Assembly (NCBI RefSeq): GCF_006345805.1
Contig: NC_043001.1
Coordinates: forward strand, 132,060,001-132,124,000
Direction: 5' to 3'
DNA: 64,000 nt
Origin: Octopus sinensis
Lineage: Eukaryota
The translations under genes and the position numbers were made by a program. Under the pieces are notes generated by a model, which saw nothing but the letters and a program-made list of their open reading frames with translations, had not been told where the DNA came from and ran no database searches. Below are positions 51,230-64,000 of the stretch, piece by piece (position 1 is the stretch's first letter; the number at the start of each line of letters is the position of its first letter).

Positions 51230-51627
51230 AGGTGCAGGAGCGGCTGTGTGGTAAGTAGCTTGCTTACCAGCCACATGATTCTGGGTTCAGTTCCACAGTG
51301 TGACACCTTGGGCAAGTGTCTTCTACCATAGCCTTGGGCCGACCAAAGCCTTGTGAGACAGAAACTGAAAGAAGCCCATTGTATATATGTATATGTATAT
51401 ATGTGTGTTTGTGTCCCCCCCCCACCACCACCACCACTAACATCGCTTGACAACTGATGCTGGTGTGTTTACATCCCTGTAACTAAGTGGTTCAGCAAAA
51501 AGTGACCAATAGAATAAGTACTAGGCTTCCAAAGAATAAGTCCTGGGGTCGATTTGCTCGACTAAAGGCGGTGCTCCAGCATGGCCACAGTCAAAATGAC
51601 TGAAACAAGTAAAAGAGTAAAAGAGTA
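51230..51627 (+). mobile_element. SINE family A
   Basis: colinear with the other A copies. Confidence 0.9.
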
Positions 51628-51776
51628 TATCTGTAATTGAGTTTAAACTAGTTAGTTGAGCAAATTTTTTCTGAATGTGGTCTGTAATGCCTGTGTGTGC
51701 AGATGATGTGAGAGCTGCATTCCATTATGGGTTTCACCTAAGCTTTATAGAATCTTGTTGAAACATATATTTCTAT

Positions 51777-52240
51777 CATCATCATCATCATCGTTTAGCG
51801 TCCACTTTCCATGCTAGCATGGGTTGGACGGTTCAACCGGGGATCTGGGAAGCCAGAAGGCTGCACCAGGCTCCAGTCTTATCTGGCAATATTTCTACAG
51901 CTGGATGCCCTTCCTAATGCCAACCATTCCGTGAGTGTAGTGGGTGCTTTTTACGTGCCACCCGCACAGGTGCCAGGCGAGGCTGGTGACTCAACAGGTC
52001 TTTGTGTCCAAGGGAGGAAAGGCACGCATAAGTGGGCTGGGCTCACTTGTCCTGCCTGGTCTTCTCATGTACAGCATATTTCCAAAGGTCTTGGTCGCTG
52101 GTCATTTCCTCAGTGAGGCCTAAAGTTCGAAGGTCGTGCTTCACCACCTCGTCCCAGGTTTTCCTGGGTCTACCTCTTCCAAGGGTTCCCTCAACTGCTA
52201 GGGATTGGCACTTTTTCACACACCTATCTTCATCCATTTC
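51777..52240 (-). mobile_element. RTE LINE 3' end
   Basis: ORF 52043-52285 contains MDEDRCVKKCQSLAVEGTLGRGRPRKTWDEVVKHDL; UTR and (GAT)n tail. Confidence 0.88.
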
Positions 52241-52490
52241 TATATCTTGTGATAAATGCTGCTGCAGTACCAACTTTCTAAACATTGACGGCCTGAAACC
52301 TCATATAACCTGCACTAGTTTACAAAAAGGAATTTCAAATTCTTGTGGCAGCCAGGCTGGTTTACTGGTACCATGTAAAGACTCATATCAATCACAGTAC
52401 GATATTAATAAACTTGTATCATTTATACCAAAGTACAGATAGCTGTATCTTATTTAATTATTTAAGTAATTCAAAATATTTGCTTAATTC

Positions 52491-52661
52491 AGGCGCAGGA
52501 GTGGCTGTGTGGTAAGTAGCCTGCTAACCAACCACATGGTTCTGGGTTCAGTCCCACTGCATGGCATCTTGGGCAAGTGTCTTCTGCTATAGCCCCGGCC
52601 AACCAAAGCCTTGTGAGTGGATTTGGTAGACAGAAACTGAAAGAAGCCTGTCATATATATG

Positions 52662-52693
<32 letters not shown>

Positions 52694-52910
52694 CTTGTGT
52701 GTCTGTGTTTGTCCCCCTAGCATTGCTTGACAACTGATGCTGGTGTGTTTACGTCCCTGTTACTTAGCGGTTCGGCAAAAATAAATCGATAGAATAAGTA
52801 CTGGGCTTACAAAGAATAAGTGCCGGGGTCGATTTGCTCGACTAAAGGTGGTTCTCCAGCATGGCCGCAGTCAAATGACTGAAACTAGTAAAAGAGTAAA
52901 GAGTAAAGAG
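52491..52910 (+). mobile_element. SINE family A, young copy
   Basis: colinear with the other A copies. Confidence 0.92.
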
Positions 52911-53147
52911 TGTGCTGACCAAGGTGACCACCCCTGGTCAGTGATCCAGAAAAGTTTTGGAACCAAAGATTCTAGAAAATCAATGTTATATGTACTGCAA
53001 AATCAAGAGAGTGGGGACAGAGAGAAAGAGAAAGTAGCTAAGTTAGAAAGAATGAGGAAGTAGATGCAGGGTTTTAGAAATGTCTACAACAGGTGCACAA
53101 TTACACCTGTTGTAACCATTGCTACAACAGGTGTTACAACTGATTAT

Positions 53148-53366
53148 AAGGCAGTGAGCTGGCAGAATCGTTAGCACGTCGGGCGAAATGCGTAGCCATA
53201 TTTCGTCTGCCGTTATGTTCTGAGTTCAAATTCTGCCGAGGTTGACTTAGCCTTTCATCCTTTCGGGGTCGATGAAATAAGTACCAGTTACGCACTGGGG
53301 TCGATATAATCGACTTAATCCATTTGTCTGTCCTTGTTTGTCCCCTCTGTGGTAGTAAAGAAATAG
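53148..53366 (+). mobile_element. SINE family D monomer with a small tail deletion
   Basis: full head plus one unit ending GTAGTAAAGAAATA. Confidence 0.88.
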
Positions 53367-55408
53367 GTTTTACAGCAGATTTCACATCCTTATCATTAAC
53401 ACTTTATTTTCCCATACATTTGAGAAAAAAACTGGCACACATGCCTGCCTTGTAGATAAAAGTTAATGAAGTATGAGTCAACAAAGAAGACTTTACATAG
53501 CCACTCAGCATGCTAGAAATAGCAACCAAATCTCCCCCAAATCAAACTCCCCCAAAGTACCTGGGATAATACAGGTTTATGTATTCCAATCAATTTACCT
53601 CAGAGCTAAGCAACAATGGCAAGAAGCAAATGAAAGGTGAGCATTCTAGTTGCCTCTTACCTTAACGAAATCATCTAATGATTTCTCACAATATAAATAG
53701 TTATTTTAGTTTTCTTCTTTATTTCTTCGTGTTTCCTTTAATGTCATTCTTGTGCAGCTAAATTTCTGTTTTCTTTTATTCAAACTATTTATCAAATGCT
53801 TACCTGCTGTTAAGTGTGTGTTGTTATATTCAATATATTTGTATAATGGCTTTAGATTTGATTTACCAACCAATTTACACAAGTACAAGTCTATTATTGT
53901 TTTCAGTTTTGCTTCATATTAATTTGTTTCTTTCTCAGTATTTAGAGAAAACATGGAACATCAAATAATAGCTGCACTCAAGAGAAATGCCTGCTGCAGT
54001 CATAAATTGGTTTTAAAGATATAGAAAATGATAAAGAAAAAAAAATGATAAAACAAATGTAAGAAAAAAATATATTAATACAACATTAAAATATAAGAAT
54101 TCATGAAGATGCAAGATAAAATGTAATATATCTACTTGAAGGAATAAATTTAAGCCAATTTGCCAAACAAACCTACCATAAATTATTAAACTGAATCTCA
54201 AATGAATGAAGTAGAAATTGTTGAGAAGGTTAAATTTTACATTATTGTACACGAGGGACTTCCATTGATCGACCAGAATATCTTAGACTAATATGTTACA
54301 TAGATTTCATTAAAACCCTCTCTATTGAAGGCAAATAAACATTAGTTCAATTTTGTTTTCTTCTTAAAGCTAAGATTGTTTATTTTTGTCATTTTATGAT
54401 GATATATCAGCCATAAATATCAGTTTGACCAGCCTAGTGCTTTTTTTATTTTATTTTATTTTATTTTATTTTATTTTATTTATTGTTAGGCTAGTTTTAC
54501 TGTTTTGACAGCAGGCATCCATTCAGAACAAAAGATATGGTTGAAGTGAATGATTAGTTCTTGTCGGGGTTTTTTTTTTTTAAATACTCATACAAATATA
54601 ACATTTGGTCTTCAAAGATCGACATATTTCTCATTACAAGATATTTGACACACAATTATACAATTAACAAAAGAAAAAGAAAAGTAAAGACACAAATGAT
54701 GAATGTGCTCCAGTTAACTTGAGCGAATGACATCTATGCTAAACTAAAACAGCTTAGGGATATATTGAGGATGAGGATGATGATGATGATGATGATGATA
54801 ATAAATAATAATATCAGTATTACTGAAACGAAACTCCTTTCAGAATATATTGTAGCAGAGCAAAATTAGAACTTAATATATTTCAGCAAAGAACATAAAT
54901 TGATTTTTATTAGTTTCTTTCCTATTTTTTTGGCACCGAATAAATAGTTTTGCTTCTTAAATTAATTAACAATGTAAATTATGTCTGTTCACTATCTGAA
55001 CCATTTCATACATGTGTAAGTATACTAAAATGACTAGTATGTTAACACCATTGTCTATTGATAAAAAGAGAAATAGTTGATAAATTAGAAGGGACAAACA
55101 ATGAATGAGCTTAAAACTTTATGACCAGATAACAAACAAAAGCAGTAGTTTGGGAAGATTAGTGTGGAACAACATGAGAATGGAATTCCAATAGAAAGCA
55201 TATAACATTTAATTGAGTTACAACAAATATTATATTTCGAGGCAGCTTCCAGTGTATTCAGTGTGGTATTAATGTTAATGATAATGGTTTAGGCTGGATA
55301 AAGTAGCTTTTTACAAGACTGCATAAAATAAATTTGCTTTTTCTTTCTCATTCCTCCAAACAACACTGTCAGTCTACTTTGTCAGTTGAGTTAAGCATTT
55401 GTTAACCA

Positions 55409-55744
55409 GGGTAAAGACCCCCTTCGGTCATGAATGACCATGGGATTGCACCTAGAAAGTTACCCTCCTAGACACAAGTCCGGGCAAGGTTGTTTATGGA
55501 AGACCAGCAGTCGTCCATGCATACCAGCCTCCCCTCTCCATGCCACCAGTGCTATCCAAGGGAAAGACAAAGGTCGATACAGCTTGGCACCAGTGACGTT
55601 GCAACTCATTTCTACAGCTGAGTGAACTGGAGCAACGTGAAATAAAGTGCTTTGCTCAAGAACACAACACGCAGCCCGGCCTGGGATTCGAGCTCACAAC
55701 CTCACGATCATAAGCTCGACGCTCTAACCACTGAGCCATACGCC
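55409..55744 (-). mobile_element. SINE family C, full length
   Basis: head GGCGTATGGCTCAGTGGTTAGAGCG...CTCGAATCCC; TSD TTTGTTAACCA at 55398-55408 and 55745-55755. Confidence 0.92.
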
Positions 55745-55851
55745 TTTGTTAACCATCACAAGGCATTATAGCTTTGAAATATAACAATGGTGTATGTTAG
55801 ATTCTGAGTAGCATCAAACTTTTGCTCTTTTATAAACAATCTACTTAAAAG

Positions 55852-56363
55852 TACTGTAAATCCTCAAGTATAGTCCGCCCTTCAGTATAATACGCATGGA
55901 ATTTTTAGGGGGCTATACTTCTGAAAAACCTAAACCTTGTGTATAATACGCACCCCTTCTCTAACTTGAGTCTTGCATAATTAAGCAAGCAGCACCTAGT
56001 CGAACAAACACTTCCGCGCATGCGTAATACAATAATGGTGATGTTCTTAACTGTTATATGGGAATGTAAATATGTTTGCAAATTGTTTTTGTTACATGTT
56101 ATTCTGTGTTCTGAATACTTTTATTTTAATAAATGTTGCTTACTGCAAGTTATGGATGATTCTTTTATGACTTCATTGCTTTCAGGCTTAGCTTAAGGTA
56201 TTTTCGCACCCGACATCACAAAATGCGTCTGAATAAACATTACCAGACAGCAAATAGAGACTCGGACATTGCTTAGAATATATTTTTCATTTTTAACCTC
56301 GTATATTATACGCCCTTTAAATTTTGGGGCAAAAATGCAGATTATACCTGAGGATTTTTGGTA
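55852..56363. mobile_element. Tc1/mariner-type (pogo-like) non-autonomous element
   Basis: TA-CTGTAAATCCTCAAGTATA ... TATACCTGAGGATTTTTGG-TA imperfect TIRs with TA flanks. Confidence 0.7.
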
Positions 56364-56731
56364 AATTCCATAAACAATTCTAGCAAAAAAAAAAAAAGAG
56401 GTAAACATAAGCAAGAAGTACTCAAAACTGACATATCACAAATGTGAACTCTTGGGCTATTTGTTCTGCAAAAACTATATACTCTCTTGCAACTAGTACC
56501 ATCAGAATTACTGTGAAACAACGACTAACCAACTAGCCAGCTGCAATATAAAATAACATAAATAAATTTGTACTGAAGTCAAGTCAATTGACCAAATTCT
56601 GACTCTGTAAACCTGAGTTCTTGTAGAAATTTAAGAAGTCTCAATTTTCTCATTTCTTAGTTTGTTAAAAAGATAATCTTTCATAATCTTCATTTTATAG
56701 TTCCTTTCCAGCATTTTTGTCTCAGAATATA

Positions 56732-57148
56732 TATTTCTTTACTACCCACAAGGGGCTAAACATAGAGGGGACAAACAAGGACAGACAAAGGGATTAAGTC
56801 GATTACATCGACCCCAGTGCGAAACTGGTACTTTATTTATCGACCCGAAAGGATGAAAGGCAAAGTCGACCTCGGCGGAATTTGAACTCAGAAAGTAACA
56901 ACAGATGAAATACCTATTTCTTTATTATCCACAAGGGGCTAAACACAGAGGGGACAAACAAGGACAGACATAGGTATCAAGTCGATTACATCGACCCCAG
57001 TGCCTAACTGGTACTTTATTTATCGACCCAAAAGGATGAAAGGCAAAGTCGACCTCGGCAGAATTTGAACTCAGAAAGTAACGACAGACGAAATACCGCT
57101 AAGCATTTCGCCCGGCGCGCTAGCGTTTCTGCCAGCTCGCCGCCTTAT
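56732..57148 (-). mobile_element. SINE family D dimer (head plus two 183-bp units)
   Basis: units at 56732 and 56915; 18-bp TSD TTTTTGTCTCAGAATATA at 56714-56731 and 57149-57166. Confidence 0.92.
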
Positions 57149-58139
57149 TTTTTGTCTCAGAATATACCTTACTTGACCTAAAATTCTTAGATACTATTTA
57201 TCATTTTTAGTAATATTTCCATCCCACCACACCTCTTTCGATTTAATAACTGATACAACATGATTAAATCCTTGCTTACAACACTCTTCTTCTGTAACAT
57301 CTTAGTTCATTCTTAGCATCTGCTTTACCATATTAAAAAAATTCATTTCTTTCATCTTCCCTCCTTGACACATTTTAGAACCTCAGATATTTTGCTGTCT
57401 TTCTCACTGATATACATGTTGGTATAATTTGCTCTTTTCAGAATTATTTAAATATTCAAATTTTTAATTAATTTGTTGTTTTCTAATGAAAAGCACAGAA
57501 AAGTACTTTAAATTCACCACAGCTTAAAGGAAAATGACGACATAAATTATTTAGGCTTTTTAGTAAGGATGGAAATAAGCAGCATGCATGGGTGAGTTTC
57601 TGGAATGATTTCATCATCTTAAGTAGTTTACAGAGAATAAACCACTCATCTGAGAAGCTGCTTCAGAAGATAGAGAATAAGGAAGGGAGAGGGATGCTGA
57701 GGCAGTTTACGAAGAGAGATTGACTTAAAAAGAAGATAAATGTGAGAGTGAGAGAGGGAAAGGGGTTGGGGCATGGCAAGAAAGTATAATAAATAACAGT
57801 ACTACTAATAAATACTTAGAGAAGAAAGTGGACAGTGCAACTCAAGATCAAGTCTCAAAGTTGTTACAGCAGGAAATCATCATTGCATTAGTCTTCGGGG
57901 GATATACATGTCTTCAAAATTTTTTATTATATGTTTATATTTCATGCATATCTTCAATTTCTCATCTCCCATGGAGACAGTAAAATTTAAAATAGAGCAG
58001 TTATATTTCTAAATGAGTACAAGCCAGCCTACTGTCAATGCTCATTTTTGGTTTTGTTGATTGTGGTGATAGTGGAAATGTGTTTATTTGTAAAAAAAAA
58101 AAATTACTTTCTCAGAAAAATAATATCCTTAAAAGATGC

Positions 58140-58367
58140 TTAACCCTTTAGTGTTTACATTATTCTGCCAAAGTTAATCCTTTTTTATCCACTTTGTTTT
58201 GAACTAATCATGCATTATCTTGTAGTTATGAGAATTTGATGAGGTAGCTGTTAATTTTTAAAACTATATTGTAGGGTTGGTGTGAGAGACCAGATCTGGC
58301 CATTTGAACATAAAACAGGCAGAATACTTTTGGCCGGATATGGCTGGTCTAAATGCTAAAGGGTTAA
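58140..58367 (+). mobile_element. piggyBac-type MITE
   Basis: TTAACCCTTTAGTGTTT ... AAATGCTAAAGGGTTAA. Confidence 0.85.
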
Positions 58368-58620
58368 ACAACTTCCTCATGCCCTCATAGTAAACAACAC
58401 TACTGTGCATCACTCTCTACGTTACCCTCATAGTAAACAATACTACAGTACAAACCTATTCATCGTCTAATGTTGCATATCCTCTTCTTTTTTTGCTCTT
58501 CTGTCACTATGTTCTCGATATAGTATTAGACAGTGAGTGGAAGAGAAATACACAGCAAAAGCAGCAAGACAGCCAGGTAATCTGGACAAGCCACTTATAT
58601 ATTACAGAGGAATTTGGATA

Positions 58621-58666
<46 letters not shown>

Positions 58667-59019
58667 TGCATGCGTGTGTAGTGTGTGTGTTTATACTTAT
58701 ATAATAATTTACCAAAATTCAGAGAAGTGAGTGATGAAATATTGATTCCTTTTCTTGACAGCTGTTTCAAAACGTTTACTGCCATGAACAGCTCTGATGA
58801 GAAACTGGATTCATTATGCTACAGTACATATCTATATATGAATCTATATGTCTATTTATATGTGTCCAGGATGTTTCAGTGTCACTTTGGAAGAAATGCA
58901 ACATTAATCTTATAACCTAATCTCAACTATTGTCTTTTCTGATAGCTGGCCACCTAGCAGATAGGAGCTTAGAGGTCTGTTAGATTCCCTGAATTCTTAT
59001 TTCTGTTTTGAATATATAC

Positions 59020-59340
59020 ATCATCATCATCATCATCATCATCATTATTATTTAGCATCTATTTTCCATGCTGGCATGAGTTAGACAGTTTGACAGGAGA
59101 TGGTAAGCCAGAGAGCAGTACCAGGCTCCAGTCTGATTTACCTTGGTTTCTATGGCTAGATGCCTTCCCTAATGCCAACCCCTCCAAGAGTGTAGTGGGT
59201 GCCTTCTACATATCACCAGCATGGGTGCCTATTACGTGTCACCAGCACAGGTGCATTTTACATGTAACCAGCACTGTCCACGACAACGATTTCACTTGGT
59301 TTGAGTCTTCTCAAACACAGCAAATTGCCAAAGATCTCAA
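59020..59340 (-). mobile_element. RTE 3' UTR remnant
   Basis: (CAT)n tail and UTR motifs as in the other copies. Confidence 0.75.
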
Positions 59341-59344
59341 TCAT

Positions 59345-59604
<260 letters not shown>

Positions 59605-60337
59605 AGCAAATGGATGTCTTATGAAACTATTCCACACAAACAGTAATAGCCATACCAATAATCTGACATGCCTCCATCATCAGCTGCCCCACAGATATCA
59701 TTATGATTTCAACACCTGGGCAGTACCATTCAATCTGTCAGTGTGAACACCACTAAAACAAGTGTTGTCTGGGGAACACACATGCCTTAAATATTACCAC
59801 AGTCATTCAGTCTGAATTCTAGGAAGGATTAAACACAAACATCATTAATTAAACTACAGCAAAGAAACACATTTACCCTATATACAAAAACAGTATTGGT
59901 AAATAAATTCAATAAGTAAACCTATAACTGACTCCTTAATCATCTAACTAAATAGCAACCAAGCTCTTGAAGTTCATGCAGATACTATTCCCCTCGGTCT
60001 TCCATAGTTATTAATATAAAAGTGAAAGCTTTTATATTCTATTCTCCCTCCCCCCAACAAAAAAAACAAGCTTGATTGAACTTAACTATTAATATAACTA
60101 ATTCTGAGTGAATTACACTATTTCATAACCCAAAAGTTAATAATTAAAACACTACATATGTATTAAATATCTGTTATCCTTACATGCTTTAATGTTAAAC
60201 TTATACCAGTAATTTAATAGGTAATACTAAAAGTTCCTTTTAAATAGGAACTAATAAAAGAATACCTGTAATTAACAATTATTATTAAAACCCTTGTTAT
60301 GTTTAAAGCTAAATATATAACTGTTTAAAAGATAATA

Positions 60338-60731
60338 TCTATATATATAAAAGTGAGGTTGTGTGGTGTCTGTCTCCTACGATTTAGATTCCTAACTACT
60401 CCCACATTTTGTGGTGCAGTTTAACTAAAAGCGGGTATCTTATAGTCGTGATTCATATCGAGCCCTTCTGGGTATTAGCGTGCATCTACGATGAGTCTAC
60501 GATTTAAAAAAAATTTACCATCATTTTTTCCCATTTTTAATGCATTTTTGACATATATAAGGGAAGTAACTCTCTAAAAATGTATTATTAAATCTCAGAA
60601 CATAAAAAGCTACAGTAACACCCCCCTTTGTGGTTAGCCATATTGAGATGGCTATTATACTTTACATCTCTAAAAATGCTTATATAGTTATTTCCCTTAC
60701 AAACCCGAGCAACGCCGGGCGATACTGCTAG
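60338..60731 (+). mobile_element. non-autonomous Helitron
   Basis: inserted between A and T; 5' TC(TATATATATAAAA); subterminal GC hairpin CCCGAGCAACGCCGGG at 60704-60719; 3' CTAG; no TSD. Confidence 0.88.
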
Positions 60732-61806
60732 TAAAATATAAAATATTATCACTTGCATGTTATCTGGACACACGAGGTTCAATCAACTATATTCTCAAAA
60801 GACTGTCTTAACTATTGATGAAGTAGTGCGTAGTCCACTACTTTCTCAATTGTTTTTAACAATTCTGGTGATGTACTACGCAGTTAGAGTGACTTGTAAG
60901 CAGTCCAAATGGACAACCTACAATCCTAATCATTAGACATTTAGAAATATTTACTAAGTTGAAGGCTAGATATTACACCATATTTATTAAAAATTTCTCG
61001 TCTCCCACCTAAACAGTGATTAAACGTTTTAACTAATTTACCATATCTATAACCTTGTTTTACTAAATGTCTTAACAGTTTATCTATTCTTTCCAAAAAT
61101 CTATTAGTATTATTCATAATAGCACTATACCTGATAATCTGTCCTTAAAAAACACCATAACCTATAAAAGAAGGAATTCTACTACTGAACCATAGCACTG
61201 AAGCTACTTGGAAACCAAAATCTTGTTTTATTATAAATGTCAGTACATATCTCATTATTATCCTTAATTACTAAATTGACATCTAAATAATTAATATTCT
61301 TTATATTATTACCATTTCTGGTGGCCAAGAGCTTTATAGAATTCATGAACAAGAAATTCTAGTTTAGGATTAAATTAATGGAGATCAAGGTAACATAAGT
61401 ATGTTAGAGAGGGAAGAAAAATTCATGGAAGTTTTGTAGATGATATATGGAATCTTCTATATATGGTTAGAACCAAAAAATAATAAATAAAAGGAAGCAT
61501 GAATAAAATAAGCAGAAAGATCTATCAAGCTGAAAGAGCGACAATGAATGAACATTATCAATTGAAAAAGGAGGAGGGTGTAGAATAAAAATCTAATGTT
61601 TTTTTTTTCTTTTCTTTTTTTTTTAAAGGTGGAAACTATCAATGGGAGGCACACTGAACTCGGGATATATTTTTATAAGTAAAAATTCAAAGAAGCCATA
61701 ATTAGGTATAATATATAATCTATGTATCTGCAACATCCATTAAGTTGTTTAAGCCAAGTTTTTTCTTGCACATAGGTCTTTAAGAAAAAAGAACTATAAA
61801 TATATC

Positions 61807-62580
61807 TGTTTCTTTCTAAAGAAACATAGAGAGGACAAACAAGGACAGACAAACGGATTAAATCGATTATATCAACCCCAGTGCATAACTGGTACTTAAT
61901 TTATCGACCCTGAAAGGGTGAAAGGCAAAGTCGACCTCGGCGGAATTTGAACTCAGAACGTAAAGACAGACGAAATACCTATTTATTTACTACCCACAAG
62001 GGGCTAAACACAGAGAGGACAAACAAGGACAGACAAACGGATTAAATCGATTATATCAACCCCAGTGCATAACTGGTACTTAATTTATCGACCCTGAAAG
62101 GGTGAAAGGCAAAGTCGACCTCGGCGGAATTTGAACTCAGAACGTAAAGACAGACGAAATACCTATTTATTTACTACCCACAAGGGGCTAAACACAGAGA
62201 GGACAAAAAAGGACAGACAAACGGATTAAGTCGATTACATCGAACCCAGTGCATAACTGGTACTTAATTTATCGACCCTGAAAGGGTGAAAGGCAAAGTC
62301 GACCTCGGCGGAATTTGAACTCAGAACGTAAAGACAGACGAAATACCTATTTATTTACTACCCACAAGGGGCTAAACACAGAGAGGACAAAAAAGGACAG
62401 ACAAACGGATTAAGTCGATTACATCGACCCCAGTGCATAACTGGTACTTAATTTATCGACCCTGAAAGGGTGAAAGGCAAAGTCGACCTCGGCGGAATTT
62501 GAACTCAGAACGTAACGGCAGACGAAATACGGCTACGCATTTCGCCTGGCATGCTAACGTTTCTGCCAGCTTGCCGCCTT
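61807..62580 (-). mobile_element. SINE family D concatemer: head plus four units (184-bp period; distal unit has an altered tail)
   Basis: junctions at about 61980, 62164 and 62348; TSD TATAAATATATC at 61795-61806 and 62581-62592. Confidence 0.92.
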
Positions 62581-62589
62581 TATAAATAT

Positions 62590-63260
62590 ATCATCATCAT
62601 CATTATTTAACGTCCACTTCCCATACTGGCATGGGTTGGACAGTTTGACATGGAGGTGGCTAGCAGGGAGCTGTCAAGACTCTGATTGTCTGTTGTGGCA
62701 TGGTTTCTACAGCTGGGTGCCCTTCCCAATGCCAACAACTTAACAGAGTGTGCTGGGTGCTTTTTTACATGCCACAAGCATGGATGCTTTTTAAGTGGTA
62801 CCAGCTCCTGAAAGGGCAAGCCTTTATGTGTGGAAGACAGCAACTTTTCCATATACATATGTAGATAGATATAGATATACATACATACATGCATGCATAC
62901 ATACATGCATACATATTGCTCATTAACTTTTTAGTCACTTCCTTTTACAAATGTTTAATTGATAATATTATTTTATCAAATCATCAAACTGAATGCCATT
63001 CGTGAATCATCATCATCATCATCATCATCGTTTAACATCTGCTTTCTATGCTAGCATGGGTTGGGCGATTTGACTGAGGACTGGAGAATCAGATGGCTGC
63101 ACCAGGCTCCAATCTGATTTGGCAGATTTTCTACAGCTGGATGCCGCCCTTCCTAACGCCAACTACTCTGAGTGTGCAGCGGGTGCTTTTATGTGCCGCC
63201 GGCACGAGGGCCATTCTGGGTACTGGCAATGGCCATACTCAAATGGTGTTTTTTATGTAC
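62590..63260 (-). mobile_element. two RTE 3' UTR remnants (62590-62850 and 63008-63260)
   Basis: (CAT)n TTTAAC...CATGGGTTGG...CTACAGCTGG motifs. Confidence 0.8.
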
Positions 63261-63788
63261 CCTTTAAAAATTTATAATGAACTCCAGACTTATATGCTAT
63301 TATTAGGACAAATTTTTTTCCCCTTTATTGTGTGTTCAACCTTTAGCATACTGCATTTTCTCTAGAATTGTTTCCTTTCCCACTGCCCTGTTACTTCAGA
63401 GAAGAAAGCTCATATGGTGACATGAAATACCAACAGTGTGCTAAAGATTAAGAAAATTCTTTAATGTAGTTAAATGAAGTAGTCCTGGTTTATTACTACC
63501 ATAACACTGTTCAGAGTTCACTTTCAATCTTAAATATTATACATTCTAAGATTTGATAACATAAGACACTCATAAAGACTTCCTCATGTAACAGACATTA
63601 TTATAAATGTGACACATGTAATGATATAACTAAATAATTTATGAACAAATTTATAAGCATCTGATGACTAGCTACATTGAGCATTATTTATTACAACATG
63701 AATAAATATTACAACATGAATTTCAGCTAGCTATGTAGCATGCATTTTCCCTGTTCCACTACCTCCATTTGGATTTTTAAATCATATT

Positions 63789-63859
<71 letters not shown>

Positions 63860-64000
63860 TGAGTAGTTGAATGAATTATCTTATTATGGATAATTCGGTT
63901 AACCGATACCTGGGTAGCAAATTTACATCAGAAAAACACGGTTGAAGCTACATGCCTAGGGCAGAGATCACGTGCTATCGTGTGGAAATTTGTGTGTTTT

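Noticed and set aside
53660-53890. Minus-strand donors (AAG|gtaaga, CAG|gtaagc) near a 60-aa ORF
   Set aside because: No adequate acceptor, upstream in-frame stop and no recognisable protein.
54696-54770. ATGATGA box C-like motif
   Set aside because: No box D at a suitable distance.
58731-58804. GTGATGA...CTGA (C/D snoRNA-like) and CTGATGAGAAA (hammerhead-like)
   Set aside because: No terminal stem or recognisable guide, and no stem II between CUGAUGA and GAAA.

Overview
AT-rich, repeat-dense eukaryotic DNA with no long ORF. The SINE, LINE and microsatellite repertoire looks like a coleoid cephalopod, most likely Octopus (inference). Almost all long six-frame ORFs are microsatellite or SINE artefacts, or truncated retrotransposon 3' ends. 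The window contains at least four tRNA-derived SINE families (called A-D here), LINE fragments of CR1/L2-like, RTE, R4/Dong and L1/Tx1 type, Penelope-like remnants including a decayed minimal hammerhead, a decayed GalEa-like copia LTR element (about 31.8-34.7 kb), TTAA-flanked piggyBac-type MITEs, a Tc1/mariner-type MITE and a non-autonomous Helitron. The best host-gene signal is a minus-strand terminal coding exon at 10593-10873, so much of the window may be intron of an unidentified minus-strand gene. The most notable observation is three independent TSD-flanked SINE-D concatemers (183-184 bp units) that share one identical junction located at a hairpin in the tRNA-like head. Also notable are a defined-end ~557-bp non-coding element that sits next to Dong LINE ends in TAA repeats, and a candidate spliced plus-strand small ORF with a myristoylation-like N-terminus. 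Repeat boundaries without TSDs are approximate, and no database searches were run.
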